A DNA stretch of 63,855 nt, filler included, from Octopus bimaculoides (GCF_001194135.2; 6 parts of 5 records of this genome joined end to end with filler, not necessarily neighbours in it), one strand, 5' to 3'; positions 1 through 13,089 are shown, counted from the whole stretch's first letter. The notes: a model not told the origin generated them from the sequence alone. Numbers and translations: made by a program.

Positions 1-56
<56 letters not shown>

Positions 57-62
57 CACACA
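1..62. repeat. (CA)n microsatellite (one of dozens of CA/TA/AAT/GAT/CTAT tracts in the window)
   Basis: Direct reading of the sequence. Confidence 0.98.
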
Positions 63-1680
63 CACATATCTACATTACGCAAGTTTTCTTAAAATTGAAA
101 CAAAAACCGTGTCTTATTTCGCACAAAGCTTCTATATGAATATCTAAAGAAGTGAATGTGAATCTAATTATCTGTGTGTTTCTGTGTGTGTGTGTGTGTA
201 TGTGTGTGTTGTGTGTGTGTGTGGATGTAGGTATGGGTGTACATGTGCGACATTCTTTAGTGTGTGCTTACAGCATTGTCAGAGCGCTTATGTACGCGCT
301 TGTGAGATGTTTACAGGTAGGTGCTAAAGCGTATATGCATATGCGTGTGTTTGAGTATATTATATGTGTATGTCCATCCATACATCCATTTATCCGTCCG
401 TCCATCCGTCCATCCGTCCATATATATATATATATATAAAAACACACATAGATATATACACGCATGTTGTAGGTGCGTGTATCTGTGTAGGTGTATGTAT
501 ATTTTTTCGTGTTCTCACTTTTGTATGATCGTCTAACTTAAAGTTGTTTGTCTGTGTATATTTAAATATGCGTTAGTATGTTCATCTTTGTGTATGTGTG
601 TGTATGTGCGTGTGCGCGCACGCGGCGCTTGTGTTGAAACGATTTTACTTTGGCAGTCTTACAAATACCTGTAATTAATCCAATATGATCCGCATACCCA
701 TGGGTTGAACACCCTCACCTGTTAATTGTATGAAAGTATCTAAATACATGTGCATTCTCAATACACGTTTGAACGTATACGTACACACACACACACACAT
801 ACAGACGTACACATGCACACACATACACACACACATGTGTGTACATATAGAAGCATGCATATATATATATACGTATACATACACACACACACACCTGTGA
901 ATAAACTAATATATCGAACATACATATATATGTCATTCACACAGAGTCACTGACACAGACAATATATATTGTAATATATATTTTGTATACGATGTGAGTA
1001 TATATATATATATATATATATATANNNNNNNNNNNNNNNNNNNNNNNNNNNNNNNNNNNNNNNNNNNNNNNNNNNNNNNNNNNNNNNNNNNNNNNNNNNN
1101 NNNNNNNNNNNNNNNNNNNNNNNNNNNNNNNNNNNNNNNNNNNNNNNNNNNNNNNNNNNNNNNNNNNNNNNNNNNNNNNNNNNNNNNNNNNNNNNNNNNN
1201 NNNNNNNNNNNNNNNNNNNNNNNNNNNNNNNNNNNNNNNNNNNNNNNNNNNNNNNNNNNNNNNNNNNNNNNNNNNNNNNNNNNNNNNNNNNNNNNNNNNN
1301 NNNNNNNNNNNNNNNNNNNNNNNNNNNNNNNNNNNNNNNNNNNNNNNNNNNNNNNNNNNNNNNNNNNNNNNNNNNNNNNNNNNNNNNNNNNNNNNNNNNN
1401 NNNNNNNNNNNNNNNNNNNNNNNNNNNNNNNNNNNNNNNNNNNNNNNNNNNNNNNNNNNNNNNNNNNNNNNNNNNNNNNNNNNNNNNNNNNNNNNNNNNN
1501 NNNNNNNNNNNNNNNNNNNNNNNNNNNNNNNNNNNNNNNNNNNNNNNNNNNNNNNNNNNNNNNNNNNNNNNNNNNNNNNNNNGTGTCTTAACGATTCTGT
1601 CAGTTCACTGCCTCATAGAAACATATATATCTATTTCTACTCAAGGCACAAAGCGCGAACGTTTTGGGGTGTGGAGCAGT

Positions 1681-1837
1681 CGATTAGTAGACCCCAGTAC
1701 GCAACTGGTACTTAATTTATCGACCCAGAAAGGATGAAAGGCAAAGCCTCGGCGGAATTTGAACTCAGAACGTAAAGACAGACGAAATATCGCTAGGCAT
1801 TTCACCCGTCATGCTAACGATTCTGCCACCTCGCCGC
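1681..1837 (-). mobile_element. tRNA-head SINE, octopus-type family with the gtcgactttgcctttcatcc...gtcgataaa..aagtaccag core
   Basis: The reverse complement reads gcggcgaggtggcagaatcgttagcatgacgggtgaaatgcctagcg...ctgagttcaaattccgccgagg...cctttcatcctttctgggtcgataaattaagtaccag, with A/B-box-like head. Related copies lie at 5730, 12100, 14120 and 62162. Confidence 0.8.
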
Positions 1838-2381
1838 GCTAAACATATATATTACAACAAAATATTTACCCCAACCCAAGATCCATAGAAAGTGTCGCCC
1901 CCGCTTAAATGTTCCTGCAAACGCAGATATGCGCAAATATATGTTACTAACAGATATACACCCAAACACATTCTCTCATACACACACATGTGAAAATACA
2001 AATAAGCCTATACACAAATATACATATACATTAATTTATACTCATATGCATAATTACACACACACACACACACACACACACATAGGTACGCGCACCCCCT
2101 ATACACCTTCGACACACTGACATAGTATTTCAATCACGTAATTACGCACACCAAACGATATGATTGGTTGAAACGGTTGACAGCTTTCGCTTGCAATGTC
2201 TTCATATCCTGACACAGAAATATTATCTATTTTTACACCGAAAAGCCCTTAATTAAAGTTAAGTGAATACCTACATTAGAAATTAATAGATGCTATTGCA
2301 CAGAAAGTGACATACATAAATTTGAAGACGAAGTCATTAGTGAGGCTGAAATGCTGATAATAATAATAATAATAATAATAA

Positions 2382-2657
2382 CTCGAATGTGGAATCTAAA
2401 AACAGAAACAATTCCTATCATAGTAGGTGCCTTAGGTATAATAAAAAAATATTCAGACAAATACATAACAAAAACACCAGGACTTACAAATATATATAAC
2501 ATACAGAAAATTGCACTACTGGGTACTGCACACATTCTACGCAAAACACTTTCAATACAGTAAACATAAGAGCACCACAGCAAACCACAGCACATACCCA
2601 AGGCGCACAGAGCTGCGCTCGGTAGTGAAGTGAAAGCACGTTATAAAAATAAAACTA

Positions 2658-2660
<3 letters not shown>
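2382..2660 (+). mobile_element. 5'-truncated non-LTR retrotransposon, REL-endonuclease type (R4/Dong-like), C-terminus plus 3' UTR
   Basis: Encodes TRMWNLKTETIPIIVGALGII...IQKIALLGTAHILRKTLSIQ*, a motif I recognise as the C-terminus of REL-type LINE ORFs. It is flanked on both sides by (AAT)n (2357-2381 and 2661-2698). Confidence 0.85.
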
Positions 2661-2698
<38 letters not shown>

Positions 2699-3448
2699 NN
2701 NNNNNNNNNNNNNNNNNNNNNNNNNNNNNNNNNNNNNNNNNNNNNNNNNNNNNNNNNNNNNNNNNNNNNNNNNNNNNNNNNNNNNNNNNNNNNNNNNNNN
2801 NNNNNNNNNNNNNNNNNNNNNNNNNNNNNNNNNNNNNNNNNNNNNNNNNNNNNNNNNNNNNNNNNNNNNNNNNNNNNNNNNNNNNNNNNNNNNNNNNNNN
2901 NNNNNNNNNNNNNNNNNNNNNNNNNNNNNNNNNNNNNNNNNNNNNNNNNNNNNNNNNNNNNNNNNNNNNNNNNNNNNNNNNNNNNNNNNNNNNNNNNNNN
3001 NNNNNNNNNNNNNNNNNNNNNNNNNNNNNNNNNNNNNNNNNNNNNNNNNNNNNNNNNNNNNNNNNNNNNNNNNNNNNNNNNNNNNNNNNNNNNNNNNNNN
3101 NNNNNNNNNNNNNNNNNNNNNNNNNNNNNNNNNNNNNNNNNNNNNNNNNNNNNNNNNNNNNNNNNNNNNNNNNNNNNNNNNNNNNNNNNNNNNNNNNNNN
3201 NNNNNNNNNNNNNNNNNNNNNNNNNNNNNNNNNNNNNNNNNNNNNNNNNNNNNNNNNNNNNNNNNNNNNNNNNNNNNNNNNNNNNNNNNNNNNNNNNNNN
3301 NNNNNNNNNNNNNNNNNNNNNNNNNNNNNNNNNNNNNNNNNNNNNNNNNNNNNNNNNNNNNNNNNNNNNNNNNNNNNNNNNNNNNNNNNNNNNNNNNGAA
3401 GAAGAAGAAGAAGAAGAAGAAGAAGAAAGAAAAAAGAAAAAAAGATAT

Positions 3449-3735
3449 TTAATCAAACAGTTTTGTGTAAATAGGATGGAATTCTCCTGTCATTTTATTC
3501 ATTGCTCCTGGGCGTGATGTTAAGAACTCACAAATATATTTCTCCTCGTGCATTTTGAGTACTGAAAGAGTAGCAGATTCAGAATATTTTCTAAGAATAT
3601 GCACTTTTAAGTCTTTTTCAAAATTGCAGCCGTTTGATGCAAAATGTTCGGCAAGTTCTGTTATTTTGTCTGACGCCATTGAATTTTTTGTTTAATTGTT
3701 CTGTTGTACAACCAACATAAATCAAGTCGTGTTTC
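3449..3735 (-). mobile_element. Penelope-like element, GIY-YIG endonuclease C-terminal remnant
   Basis: The minus strand gives HDLIYVGTTEQLNKKFNG (YVG motif), then in another frame HFASNGCNFEKDLKVHIL...HEEKYICEFLTSRPGAMN. This matches the PLE pattern YVG..RF.H / HF...E..WI..L.T..P.GLN. Confidence 0.7.
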
Positions 3736-3744
3736 TGAGCAAGT

Positions 3745-4135
3745 ATAAATATCTTGAAATAGAAATTGGCAAAATGTGGAACCTCAAGACTAAAACAATA
3801 CCTATTGTCGTAGGTGCTCTTGAAATGATAGCAAAAGGGGCTGGTCCATACCTAGCTCAGATACCAGGAAACTCCAAAATGGCAGAAATTCAAAAGATAG
3901 TGCTTATGGGAACTGTCTATATCCTACGTAAAACACTGTCTATGTAATCTCAAATTTTAAAATAAACTCATAATTTTCTTATGTTTTCGTAAACATTCTC
4001 TAGAACAATACTATGTAAAAACCAAATATATGACACCCTAGGCATAACACCAACATGAACTTCTAACTTGTTGACTCTTGAGGTCTCATGGAGCCAATTT
4101 GTACAAATTCAAAGCAAAAATCAAACATATAATAA
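3745..4135 (+). mobile_element. 5'-truncated REL-type LINE (R4/Dong-like), C-terminus plus 3' UTR, ending in AAT repeats at a gap
   Basis: Encodes KYKYLEIEIGKMWNLKTKTIPIVVGALEMI...IQKIVLMGTVYILRKTLSM*. Confidence 0.85.
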
Positions 4136-4905
4136 NNNNNNNNNNNNNNNNNNNNNNNNNNNNNNNNNNNNNNNNNNNNNNNNNNNNNNNNNNNNNNNNN
4201 NNNNNNNNNNNNNNNNNNNNNNNNNNNNNNNNNNNNNNNNNNNNNNNNNNNNNNNNNNNNNNNNNNNNNNNNNNNNNNNNNNNNNNNNNNNNNNNNNNNN
4301 NNNNNNNNNNNNNNNNNNNNNNNNNNNNNNNNNNNNNNNNNNNNNNNNNNNNNNNNNNNNNNNNNNNNNNNNNNNNNNNNNNNNNNNNNNNNNNNNNNNN
4401 NNNNNNNNNNNNNNNNNNNNNNNNNNNNNNNNNNNNNNNNNNNNNNNNNNNNNNNNNNNNNNNNNNNNNNNNNNNNNNNNNNNNNNNNNNNNNNNNNNNN
4501 NNNNNNNNNNNNNNNNNNNNNNNNNNNNNNNNNNNNNNNNNNNNNNNNNNNNNNNNNNNNNNNNNNNNNNNNNNNNNNNNNNNNNNNNNNNNNNNNNNNN
4601 NNNNNNNNNNNNNNNNNNNNNNNNNNNNNNNNNNNNNNNNNNNNNNNNNNNNNNNNNNNNNNNNNNNNNNNNNNNNNNNNNNNNNNNNNNNNNNNNNNNN
4701 NNNNNNNNNNNNNNNNNNNNNNNNNNNNNNNNNNNNNNNNNNNNNNNNNNNNNNNNNNNNNNNNNNNNNNNNNNNNNNNNNNNNNNNNNNNNNNNNNNNN
4801 NNNNNNNNNNNNNNNNNNNNNNNNNNNNNNNNNNNNNNNNNNNNNNNNNNNNNNNNNNNNNNNNNNNNNNNNNNNNNNNNNNNNNNNNNNNNNNNNNNNN
4901 NNNNN

Positions 4906-4955
<50 letters not shown>

Positions 4956-4966
4956 TAATAATAATA

Positions 4967-5019
<53 letters not shown>

Positions 5020-5020
5020 A

Positions 5021-5061
<41 letters not shown>

Positions 5062-5062
<1 letters not shown>

Positions 5063-5590
5063 TTATGCAGGAGGATGGAAGAGTAACGATATTCTGGGAC
5101 TATGATTTTCAGACGGATCGTGTAATCGAACACCGTCGGCCAGATATTGTCATATTGAGTAAGAGAAACAAATACTGTCAGATCATTGATGTAGCCATAC
5201 CAAACGACATGAACGTTGTGAGTAAAGAAGTTGAAAATATCATCAAGTGCTCTGAATCAAAAATGGAAATGGCAAGAACTGTATGGAATGCGAGAGGGTA
5301 ATGTAAAAGTGATACCAGTGGTGATTGGAGCGTTGGGCTTAGTCCCATTGAAACGTCAAGACTTCTTAAGGCAACTGGAAATCTCATACAAGGTTGATGT
5401 CTTACAAAAAGCATCGAGCTGCTTTATATGCATGATGAGACATGGAACACAGCAACAATGGCGTGGGTAGTCTGCGGAAGTATAATTGTCTGCATAGAGC
5501 GCCGCCTAGCCAAGGGAGATAATCTACTTAACAGAAAGCCCTATTGGGCACAGTGCACATCGTAAGGAAAGTATTATCTGTCTGAGGTCG
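5062..5590 (+). mobile_element. REL-type LINE fragment with PD-(D/E)xK endonuclease motif, frameshifted
   Basis: Encodes EDGRVTIFWDYDFQTDRVIEHRRPDIVILSKRNKYCQIIDVAIPND, then in a second frame NVKVIPVVIGALGLVP...LQK. It is preceded by an (AAT/GAT)n tract. Confidence 0.88.
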
Positions 5591-5729
5591 TTGTTGTGAC
5601 TTGACAGATGACTAAAGACTCCGGTGCATTTTTACCTACTCTGTGTTACGAAGGAATAATAACAATTACAGTGCTTTTTCCTATAGGCACAAGACCTGAA
5701 ATTTTAGAGGAGGGGTATATTCGATTATA

Positions 5730-5830
5730 TCAACCCCAGTACTCTACTGGTACTTATTTCGTCAACAACGAAAATATAAAAGGCAAAGTCGACCTTGGTG
5801 GAGCTTGAATTCTGAGCGTAAAGACGGGCG
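5730..5830 (-). mobile_element. Partial tRNA-head SINE, same family as 1681-1837
   Basis: Shares ccccagtac..actggtactta..t..aaaggcaaagtcgacct with 1691-1750. Confidence 0.7.
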
Positions 5831-6080
5831 AAGATCGTCCTCAGCCGTCTGAGAGCTGAGAGAAGAATTCATGGTGTATACATATGTGTACATACCAACT
5901 TATACTTACGAAACATTACATTTATACATTCAGCAAAAAAAAAAAAAAAAAATAAATAAATAAAAGCAAATGGATCTCCGTCATTTTCGACGATGAGTAT
6001 TCACCAGTCAGATCAATTGAACTATCTGCACGGAGTAATTTACTGCAAGTGGCTCAATATTCAACGCACGCGCGCACACG

Positions 6081-6158
<78 letters not shown>

Positions 6159-6400
6159 TTTAACCTTACGTAATGAGCATGTGACAGAATGCGACTCCTT
6201 CGAAATACGAGCCCAATCTATCTCAGAGCTTTCATACACTTTTCTGATTTCCATTCGTAAGAGGTAGAGCTGTTCCCGTCAGTTGTATGAGACTCTTATC
6301 CAAGACCAGTTTCTAAGCAGTGGGATCTGGCCCGGCACCTTGCTGTCGCACGACTACATTCTTAGGGATTCGACCGAGCATGGGTCCATACATGTATCAC

Positions 6401-6441
<41 letters not shown>

Positions 6442-6451
6442 NNNNNNNNNN

Positions 6452-6495
<44 letters not shown>

Positions 6496-7655
6496 GCACA
6501 AACACAATCATATATAGATACATATATATACGCATAGTCCGTAACACTGTAAAAAGGTGAATCTATATCATTAATTAATTTAAATCTTAATTAGTCGGTT
6601 TAATTTATACGATCAATCATGAGAGTGACCCATGTTCATAGGTTACCAAGGCAACCGGGTTGCATATGTTGAAAGTGATTTTACCATTGAGGCTAACCAA
6701 TTAACCTCAATCAACATACTTCTGCTGCCCAAAGCAAAATTATGCACACACACACCCACACGTTCACACGCACACACGCTTACACACACACACGCGCACA
6801 CACACATACACACACACACGTTCACAGGCACACACGTACACATACAACACATACACACAAACGCTCGCACGCGCACACAATNNNNNNNNNNNNNNNNNNN
6901 NNNNNNNNNNNNNNNNNNNNNNNNNNNNNNNNNNNNNNNNNNNNNNNNNNNNNNNNNNNNNNNNNNNNNNNNNNNNNNNNNNNNNNNNNNNNNNNNNNNN
7001 NNNNNNNNNNNNNNNNNNNNNNNNNNNNNNNNNNNNNNNNNNNNNNNNNNNNNNNNNNNNNNNNNNNNNNNNNNNNNNNNNNNNNNNNNNNNNNNNNNNN
7101 NNNNNNNNNNNNNNNNNNNNNNNNNNNNNNNNNNNNNNNNNNNNNNNNNNNNNNNNNNNNNNNNNNNNNNNNNNNNNNNNNNNNNNNNNNNNNNNNNNNN
7201 NNNNNNNNNNNNNNNNNNNNNNNNNNNNNNNNNNNNNNNNNNNNNNNNNNNNNNNNNNNNNNNNNNNNNNNNNNNNNNNNNNNNNNNNNNNNNNNNNNNN
7301 NNNNNNNNNNNNNNNNNNNNNNNNNNNNNNNNNNNNNNNNNNNNNNNNNNNNNNNNNNNNNNNNNNNNNNNNNNNNNNNNNNNNNNNNNNNNNNNNNNNN
7401 NNNNNNNNNNNNNNNNNNNNNNNNNNNNNNNNNNNNNNNNNNNNNNNNNNNNNNNNNNNNNNNNNNNNNNNNNNNNNNNNNNNNNNNNNNNNNNNNNNNN
7501 NNNNNNNNNNNNNNNNNNNNNNNNNNNNNNNNNNNNNNNNNNNNNNNNNNNNNNNNNNNNNNNNNNNNNNNNNNNNNNNNNNNNTATTATGTGTATATAT
7601 GTATATATTTATATATAATACACACACACACATATATACATACATACTTACATAA

Positions 7656-7688
<33 letters not shown>

Positions 7689-7869
7689 CTAATGCGTATA
7701 CCCATACTAATTCGAACTCTCTATGTTCGCATACTGGTTTCTAAACACTCGTTTTTGTACATTATGTATACATGAATTATTTATGCATTAATCAACATAC
7801 ATTCTTCGTATCTATACATGTTTAAATATATTGATTTAGGAGTTTTGGGTGCATCTACTTCTTTACACC

Positions 7870-8225
7870 TGTTCCAGGCATGCAGAGTAACTCCGTTACC
7901 CCTTTAAAGGGTCTCGTCGATCAAATCCCCTACAGTAATTATGTTTTCAAGTCTGGTTCTAAATCTCCCTCCTTTTTGCCTAACTTCTTAATTTACGAAA
8001 TATAATCAAACCAACCTCAGTTGTTAGTCGATAGGTGTTAGGCACACGCACACATACCTTTAATTATACACATGAGGGCTTCCGCACAGTTTCCACTACC
8101 GAATTCACTCAAAAGTTATTGGTCGACCCGAGGCTACAGTATAGAACCCTAGACACTGCGCGGTGGGGCTGATCCTAGAAATACGTGGTTACAAAAGCGA
8201 ACTTTTAATCACATAACTATGCCGG
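7870..8225 (-). mobile_element. Diverged OK-like octopus SINE
   Basis: Reverse-oriented similarity to 12486-12820 (ggtcgacccgaggcta, gggcttccgcacagtttcc, gtggttacaaaagcgaactttt). Confidence 0.65.
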
Positions 8226-8364
8226 CGAATATTTCGAGTGTAATAAGCCTTTAAGTGCTGCTCGACTTGCTAGAAATGACTGCCAAACGTCCTTTATATC
8301 TTACTTTACCGTGTTTAAAATATGGAATAACACACGTGGCACCCTTTCATAGCTTCACATGTAA

Positions 8365-9207
8365 CAGGGTGCTCAGGTAAAATTTGACAATTTACATAAA
8401 ATGAAAAGAAATCAAGAACCGGTCCAAAAATAGCTTCTTGAAAAATTAAAGAATATCAACTAGATTATGGCTGGAAGATAACAGTTCACTCAAAGTAGCT
8501 GCCCTCACTTTCAGACTGGACCTCAAGACGAGTTCGAAAAATGGCGCATGCATTCCTAACTGGGAAGATCTTCGAACATCCCCGTGACCTTGACCACCAG
8601 CTCGGCGTACCATACATACTAATACATGAGATTACAATCGGGGAAATTAGGAGGCCAAAAATAGGTGCTGACGAAGTCGTAGATATTCTTCCACGACCAC
8701 TTCTGACTCTTTCGTGGGTATCACAAGGAATCGAATCCTGCTGCCCCACATAAGGTCTTCCAGCAGCAAGTATCTCCAGCGAAGCATTGACCACATCGTC
8801 CAGCAGATTCACATAACCGTCTGAATTGAGCATAAGGCCTTATTAAAGATGTAGGGATAAATTGTGGCGTGCAGAAGCAGGCAGAACGCCTGTTGGGTCC
8901 ATCCCTGCTGGCTGCAACTTCTTAGTTTCCGTTGTAGCTGTCTATATCACGTCTCACAGCCTTCACAGTGTTCACAGAACATTGAGCAGCGGCCATGATA
9001 TCAGTATTTTGTTACCCGTCGCGAATCATCATGATACAGGTAACTCCTGATATTCAGATAGCGTCCAGCTCTTCATGTCAGCTACCTTTATCTCAAATAC
9101 AATTCTAATCTTTATGCTCTCCAAAGCCATTGACTGCTCACCAATACATCCAGCTGTTCCTGAAAAATGGAGACAAAAATATCGTCAAATTTATCTCGAA
9201 CATCTCG
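8365..9207 (-). mobile_element. Tc1/mariner superfamily DNA transposon (maT/DD37D-like), internally deleted, with imperfect TIRs
   Basis: Minus-strand peptides are LNSDGYVNLLDDVVNASLEILAAGRPYVGQQDS and, at the C-terminus, RNACAIFRTRLEVQSESEGSYFE. TIRs: cagggtgctcaggtaaaatttgac (8365) versus the reverse complement of gtcaaatttatctcgaacatctcg (to 9207), followed by TA. Confidence 0.8.
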
Positions 9208-12099
9208 TAAAACATCACTAAAATTGAGCCTGAATGATTTAAGTTTCTTTCCTAGAGTCCAGGAAAACTCTAGTTCCTATCAATGACTAACCTGCGAAGA
9301 AGTGATGTGCTCCACTGTCGAGTACAGCTCATTGCTCAAATATGAGGACGTTATTTTTATTGCTGTACAAGCAAAATATTCTATACTATTTCCAGAAGGT
9401 CATTTGACTAATTAGATAAGCTTCACTCACCAAACACATTACAGTCATTGGCTCACACACACATGTGCTGCTTCTCCTCTCTGTCTTTTATAATATTGTT
9501 ATTACGATAGCTTAGGCGTCTAAACTAGTAAATTACATACGACATTCGCCGACTGCATGTCTCACCTTCTGTCCTCTCGTCTCTACAGTGTATTAGCCTC
9601 AAACCTTGAAAGGTCACGAGCGCTAATCTTCGACTAATTACTAAAAAACAGCTGAAGCAGCAGTAACAACAACAACCACAACCACCACTAATATATTTCC
9701 CAATAAATGAAAGAAATGCAGTGGAAGAACTGTACTTCCATTGCATTTTGTTTTTCATGCAACTTATCTTCTTTATTGTCTTTTGTAAAATTTTTATATA
9801 ATCAACGGAAAATACAAATATTAAAAAAACACAAATATTAAACACAAATATATAAAAAAAAAATTTCATCGGATTCTACTTGTTTACTCTGGATCACGTT
9901 TTACTATATTCAAAAATAAAACAACACAAAATTTGTTAATAAACAACGGAGAGATCTGAAGTCTAATTTGCTTTGAAATATCATTTATAAACAATCTAAA
10001 TCTTCTTAGCTTCTTCTATCAGAAATTATATTTCTAATGTATCAGGACGAACGCACGATTTATCAATCAAGCAAACACATGTGTCAAAATAGTGACAACT
10101 AATTTTTTAGTGGTTGGATATGGCTGAAGGAAAGGGGATGATGACAGTAGCACACACTAATTATGTAATATCTGATGTTTATACGTTAATCTACCAACCA
10201 GTTTCAAATATACGCATTTATGCACATTAGTTACACACACCAGTTAATGTTGACAGTTAATTATAAACAACTTAATTTAATAACTGACAGTTCTAGACTG
10301 GAGTCTTACTGTCAGGAAGAACATAAATTCTGTTTGCTATATAAATTAATACAGTAGAGATAGTCCATGTGGTAATGTACCAGAATAGATTTTATATTCT
10401 AATTACTTGCCTTATCTCACTACTCTGTGTTCATATCTCACCAGAATCATGTATCTTATTCATACCAGTAATACTCTAAGAGGTGGGTATGTCGTCATCA
10501 AAACAATTCATTTCCTTCGATAGCATTGTTGTATATATTGTTGTTTAATCCCAGGCCAGCTGTAATTGGGCAGACATTTGCTCAAAGATCTTCAGGCCAT
10601 TGTCATTTTAAGGTTTTCGTTGCAAGCTCTGCACTCTTTATGTTCAATACATCGCTCGCAGGGGGAGCGAAACCCTACTACCCTCCAACAGCTGACAGGA
10701 TCGCAGGACCGGCCGGTTTCGAGCTATTTGGCTCACGTCAACCAAGCGCACCTGCACAGTAGAGTGTAGCTAAGATCCGCTTCTGCCAGCGATATATTGT
10801 AAAGAAAATGACCATCGGTCACCGATTTGCAACAAGCAAAATAACTCGTTACAAAATCTCAAGAAGAGATAGAGTAGTAACGTGTACTAAACTGTAAAGG
10901 GTGCAGAGCTTGCACCGAAAACCAGCTGGCAGAGAATCCGCCTGGGGTTAAATTACTTGTAGTAACATTCATCTGCCACCTTGATGTGGCTACTCGTCTT
11001 ACCGTTTGGAAGATAAAGTTCTGCTTTTATTGCGCATTTTATGCACGAGAAGCATTTTACTATGGGATTAAGCAGAGACGAATACATCGGCAGATGTTTT
11101 TTTTTACAACAATTGTAAATGTCTTAAATGGAATCTTTGATCACATGACGAACAGGTGTATTAACAAATATGTAAATATATTCCCGGTCTGGATGGCTTT
11201 GAAAATATGTAAATATATTCCTGGTCTGGATGACGAGCTAAGTTTTAACTGAGCCTAATGCATATTAACAATGAAATTATGTTTGATACAGCACAGTATA
11301 ATGATACCACGATTGTTGTCTCTTTATCCTAGTTTTATCTGCGGAGTGGCTCCTGAGAATCTTGCCATGAGTGCTGGTTGTGTGAAGGGTAATGTTGCAT
11401 TCACCCAAAAAAATATTGGTTTTCTAGGGGTAATAGCAGTTATCAAATACCAGTTCAATCATGTCAGATCGATTTCTGTCATCATGCAATAAAACCAGCC
11501 TTTTTCTTGTTATCATCATACCATCTAAGGTTTTTGAAAAGCCACTGTCGATCACTCGTAGTTTTTGCGGCAGATTCAAACGCATCTCCTGAATTATATT
11601 TCGCGAAGTGATTGATGGATAGGCACGCACCTCAGGAACAACCTTCACATTCCATTTAGCACCTCTGCGTAAAGCATCTCGCTTTCTTGTGTGGATACAG
11701 TCTAAAATGATTGGTTGCAGTTTTCATATTAACGCCTATGGATTGAGCAAAATCCTTGGAGTAGGATTCTCTATCATAATCTATGAGCTAACAATAGTTG
11801 CACATAGGCATCTTTGGTTTACATGCATTTAATGGTATTTCTTTTGGTATTTGAATGTAAGTTCTTTTTTTGTGTGTTAGATCGAGAATTGTTTGATTTA
11901 GTAGTGGGTGTATGTTGTGTGAATATAGACGAATCTATTACATAAATTAACATTTCACTGAACAGCACACAGAAAAATAAGTCTATGTATATGTATGTAT
12001 AGAAACGAAGAATTTAAAGACGTCCATAAAATAAACAGTATGAAATGTAACACAGGTTTTAAATTTTGGTTCACGCCAGCCATTTTAAGGGGAGGTGCA

Positions 12100-12258
12100 A
12101 GTAAATTACATCGACTTCACTGTTCAGCTGGTATTTATATTATCGACCCCAAAAGGACAAGACGATCTCGCTACAATTTGAACCTAGAAGTAAAGACCCA
12201 GACAAATGTTGCTAAACATTTTGTCCGACTCGCTAACGATCCTACCAGCTTGCCGCCT
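12100..12258 (-). mobile_element. Diverged tRNA-head SINE, family of 1681-1837
   Basis: Contains ctggtatttatattatcgaccccaaaagga...cgctaacgatcctaccagcttgccgcc. Confidence 0.7.
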
Positions 12259-12485
12259 TTGATTAAGATGTAATATAGAAGAAACAGAAATTACGAAAGC
12301 AATGTCTAGATTTTGCTCATCAAAAATGTGCGCTCACGTGATAGATTTAAGTTACATTCGTCTGTTGGGCCTACATTATTCTAGTCGAGTCATTCAGAGT
12401 GCCTCATTGCATTTACTCGATCTGATTGGAATAGCAGCTAAATTTCTCCTCAAATCACATTCTACTTTTTTGAAAAAAATAAAAG

Positions 12486-12820
12486 AGGCGCAGGAGTGGC
12501 TGTGTGGTAAGTAGCTTGCTCACCAACCACATGGTTCCGGGTTCATTCCCACTGCGTGGCACCTTGGGCAAGTCTCTTCTAATATAGCCTCGGGCCGACT
12601 AAAGCCTTCTGAGTGGATTTGGTAGACGGAAACTGAAAGAAGCCCGTCGTATATATATAAATATATATATATATATGTGTGAGTGTGTGTATATGTTTGT
12701 GTGTCTGTGTTTGTCCCCCCCAACATCGCTTGACAACCGATGTTGGTGTGTTTACGACCCCGTAATTTAGCGGTTCGGCAAAAGTGACCGATAGAATAAG
12801 TACTAGGCTTCTAAAGAATA
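12486..12820 (+). mobile_element. Near-full-length, young OK-like tRNA-derived octopus SINE, cut by a gap
   Basis: A-box-like gtggctgtgtggtaag and B-box-like ggttcattccc, followed by ggcaccttgggcaag...ggaaactgaaagaagcccgtcg, an internal TA/TG microsatellite and cttagcggttcggcaaaa..gaccgatagaataagtac. The family is recognised from memory. Confidence 0.85.
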
Positions 12821-12920
12821 NNNNNNNNNNNNNNNNNNNNNNNNNNNNNNNNNNNNNNNNNNNNTTAATTAATTAANNNNNNNNNNNNNNNNNNNNNNNN
12901 NNNNNNNNNNNNNNNNNNNN
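12821..12920. other. Artificial scaffold join: 44N + TTAATTAATTAA + 44N
   Basis: An identical 100-bp structure occurs five times. The 12-mer has stop codons in all six frames. Confidence 0.95.
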
Positions 12921-13089
12921 GATAATGATGAATATTTTAGTTATTAGGCTGTGCACTACCTTGAAGAATTTTAGCCAAATGAATGGGCCTTAGTTAGTGC
13001 TTGGTAACTTATTCTATTAATCTCTTTTGTCAAACAGTTATGAATATGTGACCGGCTTCTTTTAGATTCTGTCTACTAAATATTTACTC

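Noticed and set aside
152-953. Many short ORFs rich in YI/VC/HT repeats here and throughout the window
   Set aside because: They are translations of (CA)n, (TA)n, (TG)n and similar microsatellites, which lack stops in some frames.
994-7705. Long ORFs of 250-400 aa in the track (also near 20-23 kb, 31-32 kb and 57-59 kb)
   Set aside because: They are mostly X, because they run through N gaps.
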